Source of the DNA: Pseudomonadota bacterium
GTDB taxonomy: Archaea; Thermoplasmatota; SW-10-69-26; JACQPN01; JAJPHT01
DNA length: 64,000 nt
Assembly: GCA_021325135.1 (NCBI GenBank)
Contig: JAJPHT010000030.1
Span: 96,001 to 160,000 of the forward strand
Reading direction: 5' to 3'
In this document: piece by piece, positions 8,803 to 20,800 of the stretch
How the letters are laid out: each line of letters begins with the position of its first letter
Position numbering within the stretch: the stretch's first letter is position 1
Notes under the pieces: generated by a model
The model's database searches: none
What the model was told of the DNA's origin: nothing
Seen by the model: the letters and a program-made list of their open reading frames with translations, nothing else
Translations under genes and position numbers: made by a program

Positions 8803-11800
8803 TCGCGGGCCGTTCCGCTGGGCAGGTTGAGCGTGACGCTTCCCGTCAAAGGCCCGTTCAGCATGGTCTGGGCGCTGGCCTCTTGGGAGAGGAAGTCGTC
8901 GTTGCTGGTGTTGATCCAGGCCACGACGAGGCCATCGGCGGCCGCGTTGAGGGTGAGGCTTGCGGCGAGGCTGGCCTGCGTTGGCGTGCCCGCGCTGCGG
9001 ATGGGACTGACCCACCGGGCGCTGGATGTGCCGGGGGCAATGCGCAGCACGCCTTGGCTCGTGTCGATGCTTTGCGCGGGGCCGTGCTGGTTCCAGTCCG
9101 ACTGGTTCTGGACCACCCACGTTTGCCGCGGCAGGATGAGGCTGCTGGTGGGCGCGGCGGGCGCGTGGTGGTCGTACTGGCCGGGGCTCGTGATCCACTC
9201 GCGCCCTTTGAGCTTGCCTTGGGCTCCAGCGGCGAGGCTGAGGTACGTGTCGCGGTATCCCGTGCGGTCGGTGCTCGTGTAAGTGTAGGAGAGGTTGAAG
9301 GGGCTGGCCTGGTTGGCGAAGGACTGGTTGAACGTCCACAGCGACGTGCTCCCATCGTCGTAGTCGCTCAGGTGGCCCGAGACGCCTTGGAGTGGGCCTG
9401 CGCTGAAGTCGAGCACGCCATTGTCGCTCAGGTCCACGAACGAGTCCGCAGCCGTGACGACGATGCTCTGGGTCTGGGATCGCAGGATGAGGGTTCGGGC
9501 GGGGTCGATCTTGGCGAAGGCGTAGTGGACCCGTGCGCCGGTGAGTTGGGCGGGACCGGGATCAGGCCGGATGGTCGTGGCGCCGTGCGTGTCGCTCGAT
9601 TGGAGCGTGTACGAGGCGCTGCTCGTGGTCCAAGCGGTCCAAGGGCCCCAGGCGGTACGGTAGAGACCCGTGGCGGGATTCAGAGGCGTCAGCGGGAGGC
9701 TCGTGGTGGAGGTGACTTGGGCGGTGAAGGGGTTCGTCAGCGTGCGCAGGACGCTGAGGCCGTTGAACTGGTTGGTGGGCTCGCCACGGACGTTCTTGAC
9801 GCTGACGCGGGAGTAGTCGCTGTCAGGGGCGTTGCCTGGTGAGTCGTCGAGGCCTGAGTTGTAGTCGGTGTCGCTGGGATTGTCCGTGTCGTTGCGGCTT
9901 TCGACGTATTGGGCCACGTAGAGGCTTTTGTCGATGTCGAGGCGGTTGGGCGAGTTGAGGTCGTTCCCGAGGGCGTTGCTCGTCAGGCTCGAGGTGCCAT
10001 CAAACACGCGGAGGCTGTACCCCCAGTTCCCGTCGTACGTCGCGCTGTGCGTGCTCGTGTACGTGGACGTCGCGCTGTTGGGCACGGGGAGGCTCGTGGT
10101 GAAAAGGCCCGTGGCGGGATCGACCCCGACGGCGGATTGGTTCGCGAAGGCATCCGTGCCGTACTCGGTCGTGCCGCTGCCGCGATAGACCATGACCGTG
10201 ACGTTGCGGGCGTACCCCAGGGAAGCGTTCGGGTTCTTCACGCGGTACGCAGCGCCGTCCGCATGGCGCAGCAGGCCGCCCACCTGAACGACCTCGCCGG
10301 GCTCGTAGGCCTTGAATGGGGTCGTGGTGTTGCCCGTGATGTTGGTGTCGAGCCAGTCCGCCTGGATCGCGCGACTGACCTGCCAAGTCTCGTTGTAGGG
10401 GTCGGGCGTGGTCTGCGTGCCGTTGGGGAGCTGGAAGCTGAGGGTCCACGATCCGGCAGGGTCGGAGGACGCGTGAAGGAGGTCCGCGTTCGGAATCAGG
10501 CCTCCCGTGGTGGTCCGGGTGAGGACCTGCGTGGCGAGGGAGGGGCGCGTGAAGATCACTTGGACTTGGGTTCCGTCGGGGGCGGGCTGGCCGCGGCTGC
10601 CCCAGAGGGTGGCGTTCGCGCGCTGCGTGTCGCCCGCCATCAAATCGGCATAGGGCGCGACGGCGCCGCGGTAGGCGAGGGTGCTCTGGGCGAGCCAGAC
10701 CTTGTTGCTCACGTCGAGCAGGTTCGGCGTCGTCGCGTTGGGCGCATCGGGGAGGCTCAGGCCGGTTCCGCCCGTGGTGGTCGTCGCGCGCTGCGGCTGG
10801 TCGCCAAGGAGACGAATATCCGGGCTGTCCAAGGCGGGGGATGCTCCGGGTGTCAGGAGGACGTAGTGGTAGTCCAAGGGATCGGGGGCCAGGAGCGTGG
10901 TGGCGTTGTAGGTGTCGGGCTGGCCGGCGAGGCTCGCGGTGCAGGGCGCGCAGGCCACATCGCCAGTCTGGTTGGTGGCGCTCTGGACGGGGTCGTTCGT
11001 GCCGAAGCCGCTCGCGAGGAAGATTTGAACGGTCGTGTTGCGCAGGGGGTTTCCCCAGCGGTCCTTCAGGGTGGCGCCCACTTGAAAGGCGTCCGTCGTC
11101 GCGTACGCGGGCGTCGTCGCGCTGGCGCCCACCTCGCCAAGGACTTGGGGGGATCTGGTGCTGCCCAACAAGATCTGGTTGTCGATGTAGTAGGAGGCGT
11201 TGGTGCGCTGGCCGGTGTCGGGCCGCGTGATCATCGTCTGGAATGCGAGGCTGGTCGCGTTGTACGCCGGGGCGCGTTGGGTGTTGAACTGGACCCACGG
11301 CTGCAGGCTGTTGAAGGGGAGCTGGCGCGCGACCAGGACAGTCTCCATGATGGGTCCTGGAGACGCGTTGGGAGCGGTCTGGACTTGGTAGGTGAGCGTC
11401 TTGCTGGTCCAGGCGAGCTCGCCCCAGGCGAGCGTGTTGTTGAACGCGTCGGCCTCGCGGACCAAGAGGCTCTCCTGGGGCATGAGCACGGTGTAGTTCC
11501 ACGCCGTCGTGGACGCGTCCGGCGTCATGCCCAGCCACATGAAGGTCGCGCTCGTGCCTGTCGTCCAAGCGTAGCTGCTCAGGGCGAAGCCGGCGCTCCC
11601 AATGGGGTAGACGGCGGTCTGGGGGGCGGTCACGATGGTGACGAACGGGCGCAGCGTCTCGCCCTCGGCGCTCAGGAGCGCGTACGAGAAGGTCGCGTCC
11701 TGGGAGGTGCTCGTCTGGGCGTCTTGGACCATGACGCCCAGGAAGCAGAGGACTTCTTGCTGGTAGCTGACGAGCTCGACCTCGACGTTCAGGCTGGACG

Positions 11801-14800
11801 TCGCCGCGGTGATCTGCTTCATGGTGCCCACCACGGCGTTGGTCGTGGGGTTGACGGGGATGGCGAAGACGCGACCATCGTTGGTCGTGGCGGCGACGAG
11901 CCAGTACCTACTGCGCGCGTCGTAGGCGACGCCGTAGGCGTGCGTCATGCTGCCACTGTTGGTGGGCGTGTCGGTGCTCCGGTCGAGGATGTCGAACGTG
12001 CCCGTGCCCAAGGGGTTTCCGCGCTCGTCGAGGAAGCGGCCGCTCAGCTTGAGCGCCGTGCCCGTGCCGACGCGCTCGGCCGTAAGGAGGAACTCGCCGT
12101 TGCCGTAGACGACGTTCGGGTTCTGGGTGGCTCCCGTCGTGACGGTGAGGACTTGGCCCACCGTCGTGATCGCGTCTTGCGTGGGATCGTAGAAGGTGAC
12201 GCTGATGCCCTGGTTCGTCTGTCCGTAGTAGAGCACGATGCCTTGCTTTCCCGCGATGGCGCCCAGGCTCTGGGTGCACGATCCGCAGAGGGAGCCGACG
12301 TTGAAGCTGCGCACCAGGTTGAGGTTCGTGTCGAACTGCTTGAGGTACCACTTCTGGTCGCCCACGAGCTGATAGACGAGATAATAGGCGTCTTGGGGGC
12401 TATAGTAGGTGAGGCTGAGCAGTTGGCCCGGCGTGCCTTCCTGGTTCTTGTTGATGAGGACGACCCTGCTCTGCTGGATCTTCATGTTCGCGTCGTAGGC
12501 GCGCGCGTAGACACCGCCCGCGTCGCCGAAGAGGAAGATCGTCCGGGATCCGGTCTGGAGGGGCGTCTGCATGGTGCCCACGTCGCCTTGGCTGCTCACC
12601 GTCTGGACGCTGCCGTCGAAGGCCGTGTTGGCGGTCTTCATCCAGTTCTGGTCGTAGTCGGGCTGGAGGCGCCAGGGAGTCGTCTCGGTCTGGATCTTGC
12701 CACAGATGGACTCTCCGCGAGTGATTTGGCTTTCGGGTTGGGCGCAGCCCTCGTCGGCGTGGTACGTCTCGTAGGAGGTGACGTTGGCCGTGGTGGTGAG
12801 GTATCCGGCTTGGCTGTTGCCGTAGCTGCCGGCGGGGCCTTGGTCCCAGTCGCTGTTGCTGGTGCTGTCGATCTGATTCGTGGCGCCATTGCGCCAGGCG
12901 GCTGTGATGGCCATGCGGTAGGAGCCCGCGTAGGCCAGGTTCGCGGCGGCGGGGCCCAGCGTGTTGGCCGCGTTCTTGTTGATCCACCATTGCGTGGTGA
13001 GCGTCTGCGTGCTCGTGCCTCCCACGCCGGTGACGCTCTTGTACGAGATGCACCCCTGGGTTTCGCAGAAGGGGATGGCGAATTGGCTCGTGGTGCTGAC
13101 CTGGCTGGTGGCGAAGTTGAAGAAGGTCAGAGTCGCGTAGACCCAGTCCGTCGTGGCGTTCTGGAGGGTCCGGTTGCCCGTGGGTCCGTTGCCCCAGACC
13201 AGGTAGAGCGTGAGGTCCACGCCGTTGGCGGTGAGGCTCGTCGTCTCGGGGTAGAGGTAGAACTTGGGCGTCGCGCCCGTCGTGAACATGGATTGACCGG
13301 ATTGGGGATTGCTGGTGGGATCGTTCTGGTCGCGAGCACGAAGGGTCACGCGGTAGTTGTTCACGCCGTCGGTGCTCGTCGCGATGGCCACGCCGGGGTT
13401 GGAGAGACCGTTCCCAAAGGGGTTCCCAGCCTGGCTCAAGGTGGGCATCCCCTGGGGCGCGCCAGTGACGCGCAGGGTCACGTTGCGCAGGTCGCTGGGG
13501 CTCAAGAAGTCGCGAGATGCGACGCTCACGGCGCCCGATTGGCCCACGTCGCCTTCTCCGGCGAGGCTGACTGCGCTTACGCCGTACGTGTAGGCCTGGG
13601 GGTCCCAGTTGGGCCGGGCGTCGCTGTAGCTGGTCGCGTTGATCGTGGCGATGAGGGTTTGGGGATTCATCCGGTAGAGCCGGTAGTAGAGGATGGGCAA
13701 GCCACCATTGGCGGGAGGCGTCCATGTCAGGTGCACGATGTTGTCCGGGCGCACGCTCGCCACTGGGGTGGGTGCGTACGGGACGCGGGCGGGCGTCGCG
13801 TTGAGCCAGGCAAATCCGCCTTCGCCTTGGGCGTTCTGGGCGGCGAGCCGGTACGTGTAGGTCACGCCATTCAGGAGAGGCGCGTCCTGGTAGGTGGTGG
13901 CCGTGGGGGGCAGGGTGGTCAGGAGGGTCCAGTTGAGACTCGTGCCACGGTAGAGGTTGAGCTGGGTGATGGGGTTCCGACCGTCCCAGGCAGGAAGTAT
14001 CCAGCGCAGGCTCAGGGCGGCGTCCTGGACGCGGGCGCTCAGGTTCCGGGGCGGCGTGGGCGCCACGCCGCATCCCGCGCAAGGCAGGACGGCGACCTGG
14101 GCGCTGGGCGACGCGTTGTGGAAGGAGGAGTCGTAGGCCACGAGGCGGTAATAGGCGGGCTGGGCGTTGGGGATGCCCGCGTCGGCGTAGCTGATTGACG
14201 ACCACGAGAGGTTCGCGACGGGCTGGCCCAAGTCGAAGCCGGGCACGGCGCCGCGGTAGACGTAGTAGCCAGCGAGGCTCGTCTCGGGGTTGGCAACCCA
14301 GGTGAGGAGCGCGCCCCCATCGCGCGGCACGGCCGCAAGGCCGCTCACCGCGCCCGGGAGGGGGGGAGCATTCAGCGTGGGCGTGACGGTGAGGGAGTTG
14401 CTGGGATCTCCCGGAGTGCCTGCGAGGGCGGCCACCTGGAGACTGACCGTGACGCCGTTGGTCAAGCCGTTGAGCGTGAACGTCGTGTTCGTGCCCCCCA
14501 CGAGGGCGACCTGCGCGCCGTTCTTGAGGACCGCGTAGTTCGTGACTGGGGTACCGCTTGACTTGCTGGGCGGGCTCCAGGCCAGATCCACGGCGCCGTT
14601 GCGTGGCTGGGCCACCAGGAGGTTGGGCGAGTAGGGAGCGAAGCTGGGCGTGTCGGTCACGAGGTTCGAGGGGGCTGATTCTTGGCCGTTGGCGAGGGTC
14701 GTGACGACGAACGCGTAAGCTTGGCCCTTGACGAGGTTGTTGACGAGGTAGGACTGGTTCGCGCCGCCCGTGTCACCCACGAGCACCCGGCTCGTGCCCG

Positions 14801-17800
14801 TCAGGCCGGCGTACACGTTGTAGTCGGTCGCCGCAGGCCCTTGCGAATTGGGCGTCCAAGAGAGTTGGATGCTTGGCGAGGAGCCGGAACCGGCCGCGTG
14901 GGCCAGGGTGGGCGCGATGGGGGCGGGGCCTGCCACGGGCATGACGCCTTGGGAGGGGCCGAGCGGCCCCTCGCCGGCCGTGTTGACGGCGCTGATCGCG
15001 AAATAGTACGACCCTCCGTTGGTCAGTCCGTTGGCGCGGAACGTGGTGTTGCTGCCGCCCGTGTCGCTCAGGTTGACCAGGAGGCCCGGGTTGGATCCGG
15101 CGTAGATCACGTAGTCGGTGGGCGCCGCGCCGCCCGTGCTCGCGTTCATGCTCCACGCGACATCGACGAAGCCGTTGCCCGGCGAGAGGGTGAGCGCGAC
15201 GGGCGCGCCCGGGGGCATGGCGTGGGGCATCGCCCAGAGGGGGCTCGTGGGCGGGCCTTCGCCCGCGCCGTTGAGCGCCGTCACTTCGAAGGCGTAGGTC
15301 TGGCGGTTCTGGAGGTTGTTGACGTCGTAGGAGGCGTTGAGGCCGCCCGTGGCGCCCACGAGGCTGTAGGTCGTGCCGTCCGTGCTCTTGTAGACGCGAT
15401 ACGTGGTGACGCTCTGGCCTGCCGTCGTGCCGTTCGCGGCCGCCTGGGGCGCGTAGGAGGGACCGAAGGGACCCACGCGGCTCTCGAGGAAGACGACGTG
15501 GTTGGATGCGTCGAAGAAGTACGTTCCTGGTGCGAGGCTGGAGAGGCTGCCCACGCTCGTCGGGGCGGGCTCGCCGTAGACTTGGGCCGTGGAGAGGGTG
15601 GTGAGCTTGGGGCTCACGGGGATGCGGTAGATGCCGTTGGCGGATTGCCAGGCGTTGGGGCCTCCGAAGGTCGCGCTGAGCGGGCCGGGGGTGAAGACGT
15701 TGGTCTCGCTGCTTCCGCTCTGCGAGCGTTGGACGCTCGTGCTGACGAGGTAGTTTGGAGACCACGTGACGCTGATGCCGTTGGTGGGCACGCTCAGCGC
15801 GAGGCCGCTGTCGCCGATCCATTCCAGGGTGGCCGTCAGCGTCCGGGGCGTTCCGGGCAAGTTTCCCACCTGCTTGCTGAACATGGGATTGAACCACTGG
15901 CCATTGATGTTCATGTCGAGTTGACAGAAGAGGCACCCGTTCGTGTTGAACACGACGGGCGTGACTTGGTAGGAGTTCGCGTCGTTTGGCGTCGTGAGCG
16001 GGTTGCTGGTGAGGTAGGCGTCGGGCGCGTACGTGCTGCTCCAGAGGTTGAGGTAGAACCCCGTGTTGCCGTCCTTGGTCCAGCCGCACGTGTTGTCCGC
16101 GCAGGGGTGCGTGATCACGTAGTAGTTGGCCCACGTGGCGGCACCTCCCGTGGTGTCGGTGCCGTAGGTGCAGGTCGCCGTGTTGGTGCCTCCGATCTTG
16201 AGCGCGTACGTGTTCGCGGAGCTCAGCGTGGGCGGGGGGTCGAAGACGAGGGATGCAAAGCCGTCGGACTGGAGCGTGAGGGGCGAGCTGGTGGCGATGG
16301 GCGTGGTGGGCTGGCCGCTCGAATCGGTCGCGTAGAGCGTCCACGCGCCTTGAGTCAGGCCGGCGCAGCCGGTGATGCTCAAGTCGATGCGGTCCACGCG
16401 GCTGGTCGTGGTGACTTTGAAGCCGGCGTACCGCGCGTTGAGGCCGTTGGGGCCCGCGTAGCTGGTCGGCAGCGTCTGGGCTGGACCGGGGGCACGCACG
16501 TCGGTGGAGGGGATGCTGGGGGGCCACCATTTGCTCGCAGCTTGGTTGATCGTGGTGTCGTGTAGGCTGACGAGGAGGCCGCAGTATTGGCCCACGTCGT
16601 TCATGAGGCCCGTGGTGGGATCTTTGGAGACGCAATGCCCAGCGAGGTTCGCTGTTCCCCCGCTCAAGCTGTCCATGAGGCTCACCTTCTCGTTGGCGCA
16701 CATGCGCGCCGAGGGCAGCAAGCGCAGCGCGTAGGTCACTCCGGGGTTGAGCGGGACGGCTCGGGTGAAGGTGGCTGGGAGCCCCCATGGGCTGTGGGTT
16801 CCCACGATCCAGGGCGTGATGGCGTCCGAGGCGCTGTCCGCGAGCATCGTGGTGCCCTGCCAGAGTTGGATCTCGAACCACTCCGTCTGCGAGCAGGCGG
16901 GGGTGAATTGGAGTTCGAAGCTGGCCTGGTAGAGGAAGCCGGAGGTGGGCACGGTGAAGGATTGCTGGAGGTAGGTGCTAGGGATGCTGGCGAGGCCGGT
17001 CTCGATGTTCTGCGCCGTCTGGAGGGTCGTGGCTTGGCTCGCCGGTTCCCACGTGAAGGCTGCGGCGTTTTGGTCGGGCGCGAGGGAGTCGCGCACGCTG
17101 GCTGCGTCGGTCGTGCTCGTGGTCGTGGCGCCCACGGGAGGATCCCAGGTGAGGTTGATCGTGCCGCTTCCCGGGACGGCGCGCAGGTTGCCCGGCGCGG
17201 CAGGGGGTGAGCCTTGGCCCGCCACAAGGGGCACGAAGAGGAGCACGACCATGACGCCCATCGCGAGTCCCAGGAGGCACGTGGCGAAGGGGCGCGCGGG
17301 GGCGCGCTGGCAGGGTCCCCGGGAGGGCTTCGCCGTGCGTGGGCGCGCCAGCAAGGCTGCGAGGGCGACGACGAGGAGGGCGCCGGGAGCAGACGGGCCC
17401 GGGATGAGGAAGGGGCGCTTGAAGACGCCTTGGGCGACTTCCTGGGTGCTCGTGGGCGGCGTGACGATGGGCCTCTCGGGGGCGTGGTACGTCACAATGA
17501 TCCAGTTGTGCTGGGGGGCCGCGGGGTCGGTCTCTTGGTTGCCCACGGCGTCCGTGCTCGTGCTCTTGAACTCGTACGCGACGCCGTCCAGCGCGTTGGT
17601 CCACGCGGCGCTGCCCTGCCTGGAGGCGTTGGCCACGAGGAGGGTCCAGTCGCCCAGGCCCACGGGGCGGCCCCAGACGGTGACGCCCGTGACGAGGTTC
17701 TGGGTGTCGAAGGCGCTCCAGCCCACGATGATGGTGTTGGGCGCCTCGAGGCTGACGCTGGCGTAGAGGACGCTGGTGGGCGCCGTGGTGTCGTTCGTCG

Positions 17801-20800
17801 TGAGACCGGGGATGTAGAGCCGGACGCTGCGGGTCAGGTTCTCGTTGATCGCGGCCAAGGCGTCCTGGATGTCCTGCGTCGTGTTCTGCCCCAGGGCCGC
17901 CTGGACCTCTCCCAGCGTCGCCTCCAGGCGCAGCCCCGTGGCGTCCATCCGGTCGATCAGGCGCGTCGTGTTGCTCGCCACGTCCCCGCGCAGCGCGGCC
18001 AAGGCAAGGGCTTCATCTTGGCCGAATTGGGCTTGTTGGGCGAGGATGCTCTGAATCGTGTCGGCGATGGTCGCATTGCCCAGGCTTCCGACGCGCTGGG
18101 AGAGGAGGGCCAAGGCGTCCAGCGTCGTGCTCACGTTCTGGCCCACAGAGGATTCGACGTCCTGCGCGGTGCGCAGGAGGGCATCCGCCAGGCTCGTGTT
18201 GACAAGGCGGAGGCTGGCGCTCAGGTTGAGCGTGGCGTTGATGACGTCGTCCTGGCGGGTGCGCGCGTCGCCCAAGAGCGCGGCCTCCGCGCTCAAGACA
18301 GTCGCCACGGCGGTCTGGTTCTGGGATTCGATGCTGGCGAGGATGTCGAGGGTGTGGTTCACGATCTGGTCGCTACGGGCGTTGAGCTGGGCCAGCACGG
18401 CGACCTCTTGGGCGGTGAGGTGTTGCGTGATGCTGGTCGCGTTGGTCTCCAATCCGTCGAGGATGTCGAGCTCCCGCTGGTAGACGGCGTCACTGCGGTT
18501 GTCCACCTGGGCCAGGATGGTCAAGGCGGCGAGCGTCACGCTCTGGTTGAGGCTCGCGGTGCCGAGGGTCAGGTTGGCGAGGATCGTCGTGCTGCGGTTC
18601 GCCAGGTCGTCGCTGCGGGCATCGACGCGCGCCAGGACGGTGAAGGCCGTGGTCGTGAGGGCCTCGTTGGTCTGGGTCGCGTTGGCCGCGATGCTTGCCA
18701 GGATGGCCTCTTGGCGCGCGACGAGGTCGTCGCTGCGGTTGTCCACCGCGGCCAAGATGCTCAAGGCGCGCTCTGCAAGGTCCTGGCTGAGCGTGGCGTT
18801 GACGCCCGTGAGGGTGTCCAGGAGGTGGAGAGTCTGGTTGACGAGGGCGTCGTCGCGCTGGTTCACCACGGTGAGGACTTGGAGCGTCTGGGCGCTCAGT
18901 GTGCTCGTTGTGGCGCTGGCGTTCAGGGCAATGCTCTGAAGAATTTGGTCCTCCCGCGCCTGGGCCTGGCTCGACTGGTTGGCGAGACTGCCCAGGACGT
19001 CCAGTTCGAGGCCCACGAGGGACTGGTTCTGCTGGGCCTGGTTGGTGCTCAGGGCGGAGAGGATCGCCGTGGTTTGGTTGAAGGCCGCGTCTTCCTGGCC
19101 CGCCAGGCTGGCGAGGATGCTGAGGGCTGTGGCATGGAGTGAGTCATTCAAGCCCTGGCGGGCGTTGGTGAGGTTCTCCAGGAGGCTTGTGCTGCGGAGG
19201 GCCAAGTCGTCCGAGCGCGCGGAGATGGTGGCCAGGATGCTCACGGCGTTCGCTTGGAGGCTCGCGTTGAGCGTCGTGTTGGTGGAGGCCAGGTTGGCGA
19301 GGATCGCCTCGGTGCGGGCGACAAGGTCGTCGCTGCGGTTCGACACGGCCCCCAGGATCAGGAGTCCTTGGGCCGCGAGGCCGGCGTTGAGGGTCGCGTT
19401 TTGCGCGGTGAGATTGCTCAAGAGCGTGGTCGTGCGCAGGACCAGGTCGTCGCTGCGGGCGTTGAGCTGGCCCAGGATCAGGGTCGCGTTGGAGGCGACG
19501 CTCGTGCTCACCCCCGTCAGGTTCGAGAGGAGCAGCGCCTCTTGGCCTACGACCTGGTCGCTGCGCGCGTTCACTTGAGCCAAGAGCGTCGTGAAGTTGT
19601 CGCGGAGGCTCTCGTTCAATCCGCCTTGGTTCGTGACGAGGAGGTTGAGCAGCGTCGTGGTCCGAAGCACCAGGTCGTCGCTGCGCGTCGTCACGTTGCC
19701 CAGGATCAAGAGCAGGTTGGACTCTGCTTGCTGGCTCAGGTTCGACTGGGCGCTTGTGATGTTGGCCAGGACGAGGAGGGTCTGGTTGTAGACAGCGTCG
19801 CTGCGCGCGTCCACGTGGCCGAGCACCTGGGTGGTCTCGTTGAGGAGCTGGGCTGTCAGGTTTCCTTGGAGTGTGGTCACGTTGGCGAGGACCCAGAGGG
19901 TCTGGTTGAGCGCGTCCTGCCCCCGGGCGTCCACGTCGCCGAGTACCTCTTGGAGGCGGGTCTGGAGGCTCTGGTTGAGGCTCGTGAGGTTGTTCAGGAT
20001 TGTCGTGTTGGTGAAAGAGAGGTTCGCCTGGACCTGGGCGAAGCTCGTGTTGATCTGCGCCTGGTTAAAGTCGATTTTCCCCGAGAGGATCGTAATGCTC
20101 GTCCCCAAGGACGAGTTCGTGTTGTTGAGCGTGGCCCAGACGAGGTTGACCTGCTGCTGCGCCGAGAGGTTCGAGTTGGAAATCTGGGCGCTCAAGGCGT
20201 TGACCTGGGACTGGAGGCTCGCGTTGAGGTTCGACACCTGGAGCGTGACGCCCTGGAATTGCGTCCCCACGCTCGCGTTCATGTTGCTGATGTTCACGAG
20301 CAGGCTCGACGATTGGTTCGTGACGTTGGTCTCCTCGTTGTGGATCTGGAGGGACTGGAGCGCAAACTGGGTCGAGACGTTCGTGTTGGCGTTGTCGATC
20401 TTCGATCCCAAAAGGAGAGTCTGCGTCTGGAGGGTCGCGTTGGTGTTGTTCACGCCGAACCAGACCTGGTTGACTTGCGAGGTGATGTTCGCCTCCTCGT
20501 TGCGCACGAGGAGCGAGAGAGAATTGTACTGGTTCGAGACGTTGGTGTTTTGGTTGACGATCTGGCCCATGATGGCGTTGGCTTGGCTGGCCACCGAGGC
20601 GTTCGTGTTCTGCACCTGGCTCGTCACCGTGGAGAGCTGTGAGCCCAGGCTCGCGTTGGTGTTGTTCACCACGAGGCCCACGTAGCTGACCTGGGCCGTG
20701 ATGTTCGCGTTGCCTTGGGCGAGGCTGACTTGCACGCTGTTGAGTTGGGTGCCCACGCTGGCGTTCGTCTGGTTGAGCAGGCTCGTCACGTAGTTCGTCT

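Noticed and set aside
8571-9842. 423-aa + strand ORF as a complete gene
   Set aside because: Only the ~50 aa from ATG 8655 are protein-like; the rest is antisense to the giant ORF.
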